A stretch of DNA of 64,000 nucleotides, taken from positions 64,001 to 128,000 of IMG/VR virus record IMGVR_UViG_3300014205_000172. One strand, given 5' to 3'. Made by a program: the position numbers and the translations under genes. Source of the DNA: a virus (lineage: Duplodnaviria > Caudoviricetes). Shown piece by piece: positions 47,609-58,177 of this stretch (within the stretch, counting starts at the first letter, position 1; each line of letters begins with the position of its first letter). The notes below the pieces were generated by a model. It was not told the origin of the DNA and did no database searches. It saw only the letters and a list, made by a program, of their open reading frames with translations.

Positions 47609-49579
47609 ATGCGTACGTTTCACGTCAGAGAGTTCTTTGACAATCCGCAGCGTGAATGGCCTTGTCTGAAGGACGAGCTGTTCAGGATGCAGTTGGATGA
47701 TGGGGAAGTTATTGAAACCATCACGGCCGCTGTGGAGATCTCCAGGAAGTTGTGGTTGGTTCACGAGAAGTACGACCGCCTGCCAATCTTTGCGCGTCAC
47801 TGTGTGCGAACAGTGCCGATGTCGAACGGAGACATTTCCAAAATCGGCTCTGCGCTGGCTGAAGATGTTCATGACATCTATGGCATTGATGGCTACAACC
47901 GGGAAGAGCTGTGGTGGTTTATGCAGCTCAACAACCAGCGGCTGTATAACGAATCGATTATTGACTACCCTGAATACGTGCGAGGGTCTAACTCTTTCAC
48001 GTTTGATGAGGTCTACTTCTTTCCGGCAGTCGCAGCCATCCGTGATAAGTTGATGGAAAACCCTACCGCCTTAGCTATTGAGAAGGCGACGGACCAAGCA
48101 GCGCACGTCATCATGACGGCGCCGGAACTTGCCCGTAATGCGGTGGTGTCCGACCTGCGGGCCAAGATCATTAAGATGGAGCAATTCCTTCAATGCATCC
48201 TGGTCCGTGGGTTTAACACCGACATCGATGACGTGATCTACAGGAAGCCGATCACAGGTAACTACTACTCGGGTATCAATGATCCAGCAGAAGCCCTCAT
48301 GGACTCCACACTGGCGTCTAAGGCTATCATCTACCAAGGTGAGCCGCTGGAACAAACCGAGTACGCCAACCGTAAGTTGCAGTTCAGTTCACAGCGGGTT
48401 GACCTGCTGATCATGAATGACTGCAACTCACCAGTGCTCGCCGCTATCGAAGTAACGCCAAACCGTTATTCCGACATGGAAGGGCTGTATTTCAAAGATC
48501 CTGAAACAGGGCAGCTTAAAGCACTGCGTCTACGGGATCGGAAGAAGTACGAAGGCATGACGTTAAGTTTCCGTCTGCCATTCAACTGTCGTTGGCGAGG
48601 CAGTGCGTGTGTCTGCAGAATGTGTTACGGTGAGCTGGCATTCAATCTGCCTTACGGTGTGAATATCGGTCACGTTGCATCGACCATGACTCAGTCGATC
48701 ATTTCTCAACGGGTGTTGAAAGTTAAACACTCTGAGAGATCAACGGTAGCGGAGCGGATCAATATCAACCTGGAGGAAAAGCCTTACATTGACCATGCCG
48801 AGGCACCTAACCAGATTGCGTTGAACCCAGAGCTTGCGAAGAATGGCGTTAAGCTGATCCTTAAAGCAGCCGTAGCCCAAGGTGTATTCGGGGCTTCGAA
48901 GATTCCACTGCTCAAGAAGGAACACATCCGCGACGACGTCCCATCTTCCAAGTTCAGTCAGTTCCGTACCGTGTCGTTCGATCTGCCAAATGGCGAGAAG
49001 CAACCACTGCGGGTCCATGTCACTGTATCGCGAGGGGGTAACTATTCCTTCTTGACGCATGACTTCCTGCGGTACATCCTCGACAACAAGTTCCCTATCC
49101 GGGAAGATGGTAACTATCACATCGATCTGGAGAAATGGGACTTCACCAAGCCTGTGTTTGAACTCCCGAACAAACACATCTCCATGCGAGACTTTGCGGC
49201 TGAAGTTGAGGTAATGATCCGGTCTACTCGTGACAGTTCCAGCCGTCACTTGGGTCGCTTGAAACAACTGACCCAATACGCAGATCCAGTAGAAGCAATG
49301 CTGGACGCCCATGAACTGATCGCCAGTAAAGTGCCGGTCTCGATGACGCACGTTGCTGTAGTGTTGCTGTCGATGACCACGGGGATGGATAAGGATTGTG
49401 TTAACATTCCAAAGTTTGGCGAGACATTGCGTTTTGCTAAATACGGTAAGATCCTTTCCAATGGTAGCTATGGTGTGCTCTTTGCATATCAAGGCGCTAA
49501 CGCAGTGATGAATAAACTTGAGCAGTACCTCCTGGTAGATCGTAATCCACATCTGCTTGATCCGATTCTCATGCCTTAA
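47609..49579 (+). CDS. Non-virion RNAP beta'-like C-terminal subunit (phiKZ gp74-like)
   Basis: EYANRKLQ bridge-helix-like segment, C..VCRMCYG Zn motif, NIGH..TQ..SQRVLKVKH trigger-loop-like region. Confidence 0.9.
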   Translation: MRTFHVREFFDNPQREWPCLKDELFRMQLDDGEVIETITAAVEISRKLWLVHEKYDRLPIFARHCVRTVPMSNGDISKIGSALAEDVHDIYGIDGYNREELWWFMQLNNQRLYNESIIDYPEYVRGSNSFTFDEVYFFPAVAAIRDKLMENPTALAIEKATDQAAHVIMTAPELARNAVVSDLRAKIIKMEQFLQCILVRGFNTDIDDVIYRKPITGNYYSGINDPAEALMDSTLASKAIIYQGEPLEQTEYANRKLQFSSQRVDLLIMNDCNSPVLAAIEVTPNRYSDMEGLYFKDPETGQLKALRLRDRKKYEGMTLSFRLPFNCRWRGSACVCRMCYGELAFNLPYGVNIGHVASTMTQSIISQRVLKVKHSERSTVAERININLEEKPYIDHAEAPNQIALNPELAKNGVKLILKAAVAQGVFGASKIPLLKKEHIRDDVPSSKFSQFRTVSFDLPNGEKQPLRVHVTVSRGGNYSFLTHDFLRYILDNKFPIREDGNYHIDLEKWDFTKPVFELPNKHISMRDFAAEVEVMIRSTRDSSSRHLGRLKQLTQYADPVEAMLDAHELIASKVPVSMTHVAVVLLSMTTGMDKDCVNIPKFGETLRFAKYGKILSNGSYGVLFAYQGANAVMNKLEQYLLVDRNPHLLDPILMP

Positions 49580-49636
49580 TCAACCCAAAATAGCCACACC
49601 TACTGCCTTACGGCAGTAGGTGTGGTTGAGGTCCGT

Positions 49637-50359
49637 ATGGATAAAAATATAGAGTCTATTTTCTTTTCTGACCCGGAATATGTAGCCAAGCTTAAATTGT
49701 TTAATGATAAGTTTTGTGTATACAGAATTATTCATATTCCAACGTGTAAGTTTTATTTTGGCAGTACAAGTGGATTAGCTTACAGAGTCCTTAAACATAT
49801 CTCAGAATTAAAATCTGGTAAGCATCATAATCAGAAACTTCTTGATACCTATACTCAAATTGAAGACTTTGTTGTCGGTGTTCAGATCTATGAAACCAAA
49901 GATGAGATGCGGGTTGCCGAACAGGGTTATTTAGACATCCACCACGGATCTGATGATTGTCTAAATATAGGGAATTCGGCAACCAGTCCATGGAGTGTCC
50001 TTCCTGACTATGTGCGAGAAGCAATCGTAAAGGCAAACACAGGTAGAGTTTCGCCGACCAAAGGACAATCTCGGTCGGAAGTCCACAGGTTAAACGCTGC
50101 CGAAGGTACTAGAAAAGCCTTGTGTGGGAAACCAGGGCATTGGCTAGGTAGAAAGTTTTCAGAAGAAACGCGTCTGAAAATTGCATTAGCTAGATCTAAG
50201 CCAATCTCTGTAGCCGGGGTCGTTTATCCAAGAGGGGCAGTGGAGGTATTTGAAAAACTGGGGATTACACGTAAGCATATTTATAAAATGATAAATGATG
50301 AATCGGCTGAACATGCGGATAAGTTCTTCTGCGATTCAAACGGAAATAAGAAAGAGTGA
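49637..50359 (+). mobile_element. Free-standing GIY-YIG homing endonuclease gene with NUMOD3-like DNA-binding repeats
   Basis: CVYRI..KFYFGST, catalytic-type R (YRVLKH), E (AEQ) and N (CLN); 'GRKFSEETRLKIA'. Visibly more AT-rich than its flanks. GAGGT SD before ATG 49637. Confidence 0.85.
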
Positions 50360-50460
50360 CGCATAGCCGGGGTAATTCCCGGCGTGACCCACATCTTTAT
50401 TTTTAACATAAACGCCTAATCCTCTGAGAGTAACTATGCCGTAAGCTTCGGGGGTTCATT

Positions 50461-51984
50461 TTGAAAATAGATGTCTACAGCCATGGCTTTTCGGTAACAG
50501 AACTTAACACAGCTCAGGAAAAGAAAGCCCTTGAGCAGTTCTGCACGCCGTTGATTCTGTTCGAAGAGAAAACGTTCGAAGGCGGAATCACTCGCATGGT
50601 GCCGTCTAAGACCTTCGCAGCATCAAACGCTTCCCGTGATTACTACCGGTTTCACGTCAACCTGCTGAGAGAGTTTCAGCAGATGGTAGCGTACTGCCAG
50701 ATTAAGCGTGATGATGTACAGATCACACGACACCCCGTAGTTATCGATGACAGCTTTCGGGTTGAGTTTGTTGAAGATAAATTACACCCGCCTCGTGATT
50801 ATCAGGAAAAGATCATTGAGTACAACCTTGCCGATGGGTCTAACAAAGTAATCACCCTCCAAGCTGGCGGCGGTAAAACTCTGTTGGCTCAGCACACCAT
50901 GAAACGACTGGGTTATCGGACCAGCATCATGATGAAGGGTGGGTATCTGGATCAGTGGGTATCAAGCCTCGATATTGCGTTTAAGTTTGGCCGTGGTGAC
51001 TTGGTCAAGATCCAAGGTTCGGTTGCACTGCACACAATCATGCAGATGGCTATCGATGGGGACGAGCTGCCAATGTGCATGCTTATCTCTATCAACACCT
51101 TCTCTGAGTACATCAGGGAGTATGAGCGTAACGGCGTAACACAGATGTACCCCATCGCCCCTCACGAGTTCTTTGAGGTGATGAAGATCGGGCTGAACAT
51201 CTTCGATGAAGGACACCAGTTCCCGCATCAGGTAATGAAGCTGTTTGTCTACACCCACATTGAAAAGTTCATGACGCTGTCTGCAACGCTTGAGACACGC
51301 AATAAGTTCATGAATCGGATCTATGAGATCATGTACCCCAGGTGTGACCGTTTTGATGCGGGGTATAGGAAAGTCTATATCTCTGCTTCTGCGGTCTTCT
51401 GGCAACTGAAGGACTCTAAGTCAATCAGGTACACGGGGTATAAAGGTGCGTACTCACATGTAAAATTTGAAGAAAGCATGATGCTGTCAAAGAACAGAAA
51501 GATCTTGGCCAACTACGTAGACATGATCTGCGCGTTTGCTGAGTCTGAGTTCATCAGCGTTATGGAGAAAGGTCAGAAGATGCTTATCTTTTGCGCCACC
51601 GTGAAGTTCTGTACGATGCTGGTAAGAGAGATTCAGAAACGTTATCCTCACATGGACACTACCCGCTATGTATCGGCGGACAAGCGTACTGTGATGGATA
51701 AAGCTGACATCATCGTCAGCACAGTGCTCTCAGCAGGTACTGCGGTAGACATCCCTAACCTACGGGTAACGTGGATGACTACGGCCATTGACTCGCAGCA
51801 GGCGAATGAACAGGCGCTCTATCGGACACGGCCGCTTGTTGACTGGCCGGATATCGTTCCTCGCTTCATTTATAGTGTATGCAACACGATTCAGAAACAC
51901 GTTGCATACCACCTCAATAAAAAGAAGGCCTGGCAAAGCTTGGTCAAAGAACACGGTACGTTGCAATCCCCCATTAGTGTATAA
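50461..51984 (+). CDS. SF2 DEAD/H-box helicase (UvsW/XPB-like; phiKZ gp75-like)
   Basis: PRDYQ (Q motif), AGGGKT, IFDEGH, LSAT, GTAVDIPNL, QALYRTR. Confidence 0.9.
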   Translation: MKIDVYSHGFSVTELNTAQEKKALEQFCTPLILFEEKTFEGGITRMVPSKTFAASNASRDYYRFHVNLLREFQQMVAYCQIKRDDVQITRHPVVIDDSFRVEFVEDKLHPPRDYQEKIIEYNLADGSNKVITLQAGGGKTLLAQHTMKRLGYRTSIMMKGGYLDQWVSSLDIAFKFGRGDLVKIQGSVALHTIMQMAIDGDELPMCMLISINTFSEYIREYERNGVTQMYPIAPHEFFEVMKIGLNIFDEGHQFPHQVMKLFVYTHIEKFMTLSATLETRNKFMNRIYEIMYPRCDRFDAGYRKVYISASAVFWQLKDSKSIRYTGYKGAYSHVKFEESMMLSKNRKILANYVDMICAFAESEFISVMEKGQKMLIFCATVKFCTMLVREIQKRYPHMDTTRYVSADKRTVMDKADIIVSTVLSAGTAVDIPNLRVTWMTTAIDSQQANEQALYRTRPLVDWPDIVPRFIYSVCNTIQKHVAYHLNKKKAWQSLVKEHGTLQSPISV

Positions 51985-51996
51985 ATCAAAAAAAAA

Positions 51997-52033
51997 CAGC
52001 ATACACCTCCGGCTAATGCCGGAGGTGTATGTC
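51997..52033. repeat. Palindromic GCATA..TATGTC element / bidirectional terminator
   Basis: CATACACCTCCGGC-TAAT-GCCGGAGGTGTATG flanked by A- and T-runs; near copy at 58590. Confidence 0.8.
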
Positions 52034-52048
52034 ACTATCTTTTTTTTG

Positions 52049-53536
52049 TTACTGGCCGTGTACGGTGTAGAAGTTCACGACGTTCATGCGCTGTTCTTCA
52101 GTCGCGTAGCGCAGCATGTGGACGATCTTGTGCTGCTTGGCATCCTGCATACGGGTAGCGCCGTTACGTGTGTTGATCAGCAACGTCAACACGTCTTCAA
52201 ACGTGGCCAGGGTGGTCTTCGGCAGTTTGATTTGTGCCCAGCCCTTACGTGCACGCTCTGGAGTGAATAGCGTGTTGTATTCGGTGTTCACGAAGTTCAA
52301 CAGTTTGACCCACCCTTCCTGGAAGGTCTGTGGATCGCGTTTCAATACATCAAGGATGATGCTCCAAAGCGATGCTTGAGCTTCGCCAGCGGAGATAGCG
52401 CTCAGCACTTTGCCTTGTGGCGTCATGGCTGCCTTGAATGAGCTGAGTCTTGCGTCCAGAATCGAATCGTCCATTGTTGCCTCATCAGTGTTAGCGTTAA
52501 GACTCTCAAGAATTTTCTCTTGGGAGGTGGCGTTAGAAAGACCCAGGCGGGAGCGCAGTGCGCTGACCAGATCGTCTTTGCTGTGCGTACCAATTTCGAT
52601 CTCGTCCAGCAGGCCGGCTTTGATGTCCTTGAACGCCCAGTGATTCAGCGGCGTGTTATCACGGGCACGGTCGGCAATCAATACACCGCTCAGGGTATAT
52701 TCTGGCTTGACGCCAGTCGCGATGAATGCCGACGCCGACTCAAGAGACCAGTTGGCTGGGAGTTTATAGCGACGATACAGCTCATCGGCCAGTGCTTCTG
52801 CCAGTACGTTACGCGGTGTGTTGATCTCACCATTGAGCCAATCAACCAACGCGCCGTCTGACCAGGTGGTCATGTCTTTGGTGCGACGAAGATCCACTGG
52901 CCATTCATTGTGGCTGGTCTTTACCGGCAGCATGCGTTTTTCTTCAAACAGGATCAAGCCCTTGTTATCCAAAGCCGCCAAAGCATCAGCTTCCAGCAGG
53001 CCAGCCAACCGTTGGCGAATAGGCAATGTGGCATGATCCTGAGCGGCTTCTTCTACCGGTGCTGGCGCAGGAATGGGCTCAGGCGCGGCGGTTGCTGTTT
53101 CGGCACTAGGTTCTGGCGCAGGCTCGATGGTCGCATCACCTGCCGTGCCTTGCACATCTTGGCTATCCACAGTTGGTGCTTCAACGACACCGCTTTCAAG
53201 GCTCGGCGCATTGGTTACATCGGTGCTGACAACGCCATCGGCATTGATGGCATCAGATGGAACTACGAATGCTTCTTCAGCTCCAGCGCCAAGCTTTTGA
53301 ACCTGCGTCGCATCATCGAGCAGTAGATCGGAATCCAGTCCTGAGACATCTTCAGCTCCAGCCCAAGATTGATCGCTGCCCACATCGCTGCTGTCTTCAT
53401 CACTGTTCCCCAGACCCTCTGTGAGGTCCTGTGCGTCATTTTGGGAGGTTTCGTTATCTTCTACGTCCTGACCTTGCAGGTCAGCGCTATCGCCAGGCGT
53501 AGGGGTATTGGATTGACCACGGTTCTTTCTGGACAT
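52049..53536 (-). CDS. Hypothetical protein with long acidic low-complexity N-terminus
   Basis: 495 aa, GAGGT SD, downstream of the gp80-like gene. Confidence 0.7.
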   Translation of the reverse strand: MSRKNRGQSNTPTPGDSADLQGQDVEDNETSQNDAQDLTEGLGNSDEDSSDVGSDQSWAGAEDVSGLDSDLLLDDATQVQKLGAGAEEAFVVPSDAINADGVVSTDVTNAPSLESGVVEAPTVDSQDVQGTAGDATIEPAPEPSAETATAAPEPIPAPAPVEEAAQDHATLPIRQRLAGLLEADALAALDNKGLILFEEKRMLPVKTSHNEWPVDLRRTKDMTTWSDGALVDWLNGEINTPRNVLAEALADELYRRYKLPANWSLESASAFIATGVKPEYTLSGVLIADRARDNTPLNHWAFKDIKAGLLDEIEIGTHSKDDLVSALRSRLGLSNATSQEKILESLNANTDEATMDDSILDARLSSFKAAMTPQGKVLSAISAGEAQASLWSIILDVLKRDPQTFQEGWVKLLNFVNTEYNTLFTPERARKGWAQIKLPKTTLATFEDVLTLLINTRNGATRMQDAKQHKIVHMLRYATEEQRMNVVNFYTVHGQ

Positions 53537-53543
53537 GTAAAAA

Positions 53544-54839
53544 CTACCTCAAGAAATTCTCGACATCGAGATCAGTTGTTTGAAGGGCTTTAGCGTGAGC
53601 AGAAGCCATCATGCGCGCCATCATTACAGCCGGGATGTCGCCGATCATTGATCCCAGACTATCCGGGTTTGCTGCAAGCTTAGCGCCTGCGCAAATGGCG
53701 CAAATGTCACCGCCCTCTACTTTACAGTAAGGAGGTGCGTACATTGGATAGACGCGACCATCATAATCGGGCAGGTTGTCGGCAGTGATCTGAACGATCT
53801 TGTCATCGATCAGGAAGTTACGACCAATGCGTCGAGCTTCCACTTTCTGGATGAACTGTTCTTCAGTGTTACAGAACTCAGGAACCACCTTAGCGTTCTG
53901 GAATACGCGACTCATCAAGTCAACGTCTTCCCCCGCCAAAGCAGTCAACGCACCACGGAAGAAGGAACCAGCCCGTAGACTGTTTACCATCTCCGGATAG
54001 TAGTTGATGTCCAGACCTTCAAGCAGACTGTTGGTGATCAGAGTAGCGCGACCACCTTCTTCAAATCCACCTTCGGGACCGTGGATAAGGAACATCCGCT
54101 TGATAGCCGTCTTGAACGACTTAGCCTTAAGTAAGAAGCCTTCTGACGGATCACCCTTGATCATGTTCATGTAGTTGGCAATCAAGGCATCTTGAATCTT
54201 AGCCTGGATCACCGGATCATCCAATTGATCCTTGTTCTCCTCAAGCAACTTATCCCTCAGCTGCTTGTTATCGGGAGGGGGTTGAAGAGACTTCTCAGTC
54301 ATGGAAGGAATGAAGATCTCATACCCGCACAGATCGCCAATCGCCCGACCTAGTCGTTTATAGTGCTTAACGTAAATCTGATTGGGGTCTTCTTCAGCCT
54401 CGATGACATCAGAGATCATCTTGTCAGCGACGATCGTCGCAATCTTGCGAATGACGATCTGACCTTGGGTATACGGATAGCGCTCACCCAATGCGTAAAC
54501 CAACACCCGGCTATTAAACAGCAAGTCGCCCCAAGTGTTGTTATCGGGAAGGTCGACCTTGAGGTTCTCAATATCCCCAGCCCGCAATGGACCTGCATCA
54601 TCATGGTAAACGAAAGGGATCTGGTAATGTTCAGCACCTTCCAACACTTCCCAACTGTACCCATTATTACCATTGGGTACGTAGACCTCTACGGCCTTGT
54701 CGGTGTGACGTAACGCCCAGGGTTTTGGCGCAGTGCCGTTCTCGCCAATGACCACCGTCATCGCCCGCAGAATCCATTCACGATCGTAATGGGCCTTAGC
54801 TTTCATGGACCCAAGAAAGTACGCTTGCCTATCCATCAA
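53544..54839 (-). CDS. Virion RNAP beta'-like subunit (phiKZ gp80-like)
   Basis: NSLLEG..RAGSFFRGALTALAG bridge-helix-like segment, PPYCK..ICAICAG Zn motif, C-terminal MMASAH. Confidence 0.85.
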   Translation of the reverse strand: MMDRQAYFLGSMKAKAHYDREWILRAMTVVIGENGTAPKPWALRHTDKAVEVYVPNGNNGYSWEVLEGAEHYQIPFVYHDDAGPLRAGDIENLKVDLPDNNTWGDLLFNSRVLVYALGERYPYTQGQIVIRKIATIVADKMISDVIEAEEDPNQIYVKHYKRLGRAIGDLCGYEIFIPSMTEKSLQPPPDNKQLRDKLLEENKDQLDDPVIQAKIQDALIANYMNMIKGDPSEGFLLKAKSFKTAIKRMFLIHGPEGGFEEGGRATLITNSLLEGLDINYYPEMVNSLRAGSFFRGALTALAGEDVDLMSRVFQNAKVVPEFCNTEEQFIQKVEARRIGRNFLIDDKIVQITADNLPDYDGRVYPMYAPPYCKVEGGDICAICAGAKLAANPDSLGSMIGDIPAVMMARMMASAHAKALQTTDLDVENFLR

Positions 54840-55720
54840 TCATCTCCAAACATAGGCTTATAGTGCGATGTAAGCTTCATGCGTAGCTGCTCTGCTTCAC
54901 GGCGCATTTCAGCGTCGTAGTACAGATCATCTAGCCAATGAGCCACGCCAACCATAGCCCCTTCAAAACTCTCATTGGAGATAACCGACAGAGAGAACAG
55001 ATTGTTCACGGCTACATCAACTGGAGAGTCCATGAGCTTAACAACGTTCTGAGCGTAGAGGGATTCAAGTGTCAAACCAAGACCCTGATCCGCTTTACCA
55101 ATCTCGGCACCCAAGCTCTCAGCGTTAGATTTTACCAAATGGTTTAATCGTTTGAGGAGTGGTGCTGTTGCTAGACTGGTGTTACGGTCAGTAATGTCCT
55201 GTTCGAGCGTCTCTACACAGAACCCTCGGACACGCTTAGCAAACGCATCGCTGACACGAGAGATGTAAGGAAGCCAGTCATCGTCCGAATACGTGCCTAG
55301 CAGATCTAGCAGTACCATTACAGTTTCTACAGAATCTTCAGCCGCATCGATGGCGTCGATCACCAATTGAGGAAACTCAGTAGGATCGAATTTAAGCAGT
55401 ATTTCACAGCCTTCGATGAGCATGCTCAATGGAACATCTGGATCGAATTCCACACCGCAGTTGTTGAGTGCGGTTTCAGCGCCGATGCGTAGGATTTGAT
55501 CCACGTCAACGATGATACCAGAAGGATCGACCATCTCCGAATCCATCTGCTGATAAAGAACATCAAGTTCCTGTAAGTGTCCTTTAAAGTTTACTGAAGA
55601 GAGCAGCATTGCCAGCTCTACAAATTCATCTTCAAGTTCTGGAGTGCAGCGGTCACGAACAATATCACGCACGGTTGACTCTGTTACATTGTCTTCGACT
55701 TCAGATTGTGTGTCGCTCAT
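54836..55720 (-). CDS. Conserved acidic protein (phiKZ gp79-like)
   Basis: About 294 aa, ATG 55720 with GGAG SD, coupled to the gp80-like gene. Confidence 0.6.
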   Translation of the reverse strand: MSDTQSEVEDNVTESTVRDIVRDRCTPELEDEFVELAMLLSSVNFKGHLQELDVLYQQMDSEMVDPSGIIVDVDQILRIGAETALNNCGVEFDPDVPLSMLIEGCEILLKFDPTEFPQLVIDAIDAAEDSVETVMVLLDLLGTYSDDDWLPYISRVSDAFAKRVRGFCVETLEQDITDRNTSLATAPLLKRLNHLVKSNAESLGAEIGKADQGLGLTLESLYAQNVVKLMDSPVDVAVNNLFSLSVISNESFEGAMVGVAHWLDDLYYDAEMRREAEQLRMKLTSHYKPMFGDD

Positions 55721-55812
55721 GTAAACAGACTCCAAGAAATTTGTATAAATCTTATTGATTGCTTAGCCCATAGTGGGCATTTGAGAAAATATTCATACTA
55801 GAGGTTAGTGCC

Positions 55813-56289
55813 ATGGGTAAGAAGAAAAGTAAAGCGGGGGCGTTTCAGGCACGGGGCACGTCGCCTTTGCAAAATTGTATCCGTAATGAAAAGTCGGTAA
55901 AAGATAGCAGCGTAAAGTTGGATGAATCCATTCGTGACGCTTCACGAATCCTTACTGAACTCCCTAACGGGATGAGAGAACTCAAGGAAAAAGGTCGCGA
56001 GGATAAGATTCCTGACCTGATCGCGCTGAACCGTTCCGCTGCCCGTGACCTGGATTCGTTTGTAACTGAAAAGGTCGGCTTGGATGCTGAGTTGAAAACG
56101 CACGTTCAGACGCGGCCAAAAGAAGCTGCTGAAATGGCCGACTATAACAGCAAAACTCTGAGCATCGGTAACAAGTACGTTACCCTCGGTCATCGCCTGA
56201 TCGGCACTGTTGGTAAGAGTACCGGCCAGATCATTGAAATCCTCACCCCTGTGGATGAGCCTGAAGCTGCTGAAGAGGCCGTTGTTTAA
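55813..56289 (+). CDS. Hypothetical coiled-coil protein
   Basis: 158 aa, GAGGT SD, TAATG-coupled to the next gene. Confidence 0.65.
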   Translation: MGKKKSKAGAFQARGTSPLQNCIRNEKSVKDSSVKLDESIRDASRILTELPNGMRELKEKGREDKIPDLIALNRSAARDLDSFVTEKVGLDAELKTHVQTRPKEAAEMADYNSKTLSIGNKYVTLGHRLIGTVGKSTGQIIEILTPVDEPEAAEEAVV

Positions 56290-58136
56290 TGAACGAATCG
56301 CCAGATAACCCAAGTACCGAAGAGCCCGCTGAACTCAACACCCCAGCTGAGCTACCTTCCGCCTTCCCAGTAGCGGAAGAAATCCCAACCGCCCCAGTTG
56401 TGCCTTCAGAAGCGGTAGAGATCCCTGCCTCGGCAGCGGTGTTCGCCGAGGCGGATGAATTCATCCCGATTGAAGAACCACTGGTTGAAGAACGTGGTGA
56501 CTTCATTCCCGAAGACGCCCCACCCGCCCCAGCTCCAATCTTGGCCGATGGCGTCAACATCCCAGACGACGGTCCAGAAGAAGTCTATGCTGGCGTCTGG
56601 GACCCAGTGCCGGGCGTAGAAACATCGGCTCCGATTCTGGAACCGATGTCTGACGAACTGCTGAGTAAGTTTGCCCGACACGGCAAAGCCGTTATCACGA
56701 ACATGAACTTGGCTGAAGTCGAGAAACTCGATCAGATTCTTCGATTGCGCATATTCGCTTCTCAGCGTGAGCGTTACTCGAAAATCAACCAGGGTCTGCC
56801 GCGCGATCAGTTCATCCAGTTGGATCTTGACGGGGTGGGTAAGCTCTATATCACCGAACCTGAACAGCAGGCCATGAACCAGGTGGCGCAATATCTTCGA
56901 CAGGTATCATTCAGCCACATTGGTGATATCATCGAAGAAGGTGAAACTGCCACCAACCGCCCACTGGTTGATGACATCCCCATCATGATGGGTTTGGTAC
57001 AACCTGCCAAGAACGGTAACGGCATGATGGCCGTGCGTGATGCGTTGGGCCTGTCCCAGCGTGTCGCATTCCCAATGTGGGGTTCGGGTATTCATGTGCG
57101 GATGATTGCTCCCGGCGCATTGGCGCAGCTGGGTCTGGATACGCAGCTGGGTCAGGAAAAGGTACGGGAGGCAATGGAATCTGCAGGCTACTCACTTGCA
57201 GCGCCAGCGGTGTTCCTGAACCGCGAGTTGGCAGACTTTGCCATCAAGCACTTCCTGAACACCACAGCGGGTACGGTTGACCCCAAAACCCTGAAAAGCA
57301 TCATCACCCTGCTTGACTTCGATCAGATGATCACCAGCATGGCGTTCAGCCTGTTTCCAAAAGGTTTCCCTGTCACTCGTTATTGCACTAACTCTGCACT
57401 TAACTGTGACGGCGAGATCACGGACTTGCTGAACATCAACCGCATGGTCATCGTACTCGACAGCCGTTTGGACGAACACCAAAAACGGTTCATGTCCAAA
57501 CGCAGCGGTCAGCACGACATCAAGACCATCCTGAATTACCAAGCCAAGATGCGGCCTGAAGTTAGCCGTTACATCGACCTGGGTAATGGCGTTCGACTCA
57601 AACTGCGTGTGCCTACATTGGCGCAATACGAGTCGACATCCACAGCGTGGCTCGATAACATGACGGCTGAGTCCAAGCAGCTGATCTCCAGTAATGCTCG
57701 TGAAGAAGATCGTCAGAACTATCTGTTGCGTGCTCAGCAGATATCCACTGTGATGGCCTATGCCTGCTGGGTTGAGGCAGTGGTGCGTCAAAGCGATGAG
57801 CTGGAAGCTGAACCTGAAGTAATTCAGACTCGTCTGTTACCAGAAGGTGCTACGCCAGATCAGCAGTTCGAAGCCGATAAGGAAATCGACGACTTCCTAC
57901 GTGACTTTGCATCGGACCCTGATCTGACCAAGAAGTTCACCGACGCGCTGGAGAAATTCATCGCAGCGATGACTCTGACGACAGTCTGCATTCCAAAAGT
58001 GCATTGTCCGAAGTGTGGTCAGCCAATCGACAAAGACGAAGGTATCAAGTTGGGCCACCCAGCGCTGGTAACGATCAACCCGTCTGAGTTTTTTTTTACC
58101 CTACTCCGCCACAGCATAGCAAGACACAGACCGTAG
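56289..58136 (+). CDS. phiKZ gp77-like protein, putative baseplate-hub/tail assembly chaperone
   Basis: C..C, LRVPTL, CPKCG and terminal EFFFTL patterns reminiscent of T4 gp26/gp51-type hub assembly proteins; acidic P/E-rich N-terminus. Confidence 0.55.
   Translation: MNESPDNPSTEEPAELNTPAELPSAFPVAEEIPTAPVVPSEAVEIPASAAVFAEADEFIPIEEPLVEERGDFIPEDAPPAPAPILADGVNIPDDGPEEVYAGVWDPVPGVETSAPILEPMSDELLSKFARHGKAVITNMNLAEVEKLDQILRLRIFASQRERYSKINQGLPRDQFIQLDLDGVGKLYITEPEQQAMNQVAQYLRQVSFSHIGDIIEEGETATNRPLVDDIPIMMGLVQPAKNGNGMMAVRDALGLSQRVAFPMWGSGIHVRMIAPGALAQLGLDTQLGQEKVREAMESAGYSLAAPAVFLNRELADFAIKHFLNTTAGTVDPKTLKSIITLLDFDQMITSMAFSLFPKGFPVTRYCTNSALNCDGEITDLLNINRMVIVLDSRLDEHQKRFMSKRSGQHDIKTILNYQAKMRPEVSRYIDLGNGVRLKLRVPTLAQYESTSTAWLDNMTAESKQLISSNAREEDRQNYLLRAQQISTVMAYACWVEAVVRQSDELEAEPEVIQTRLLPEGATPDQQFEADKEIDDFLRDFASDPDLTKKFTDALEKFIAAMTLTTVCIPKVHCPKCGQPIDKDEGIKLGHPALVTINPSEFFFTLLRHSIARHRP
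58089..58097 (+). other. T9 slippery site, probable -1 frameshift
   Basis: GAG TTT TTT TTT ACC. The -1 frame has TGA at 58085-87 and is then open to 58588. Confidence 0.65.
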
Positions 58137-58177
58137 ATAAAAATACCGGTCTCGTCAAAATCAATCACGTAGTAGCG

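Noticed and set aside
49580-50460. Group I intron containing the GIY-YIG ORF
   Set aside because: Both flanking genes look complete, and the short flanks leave no room for a recognisable intron core.
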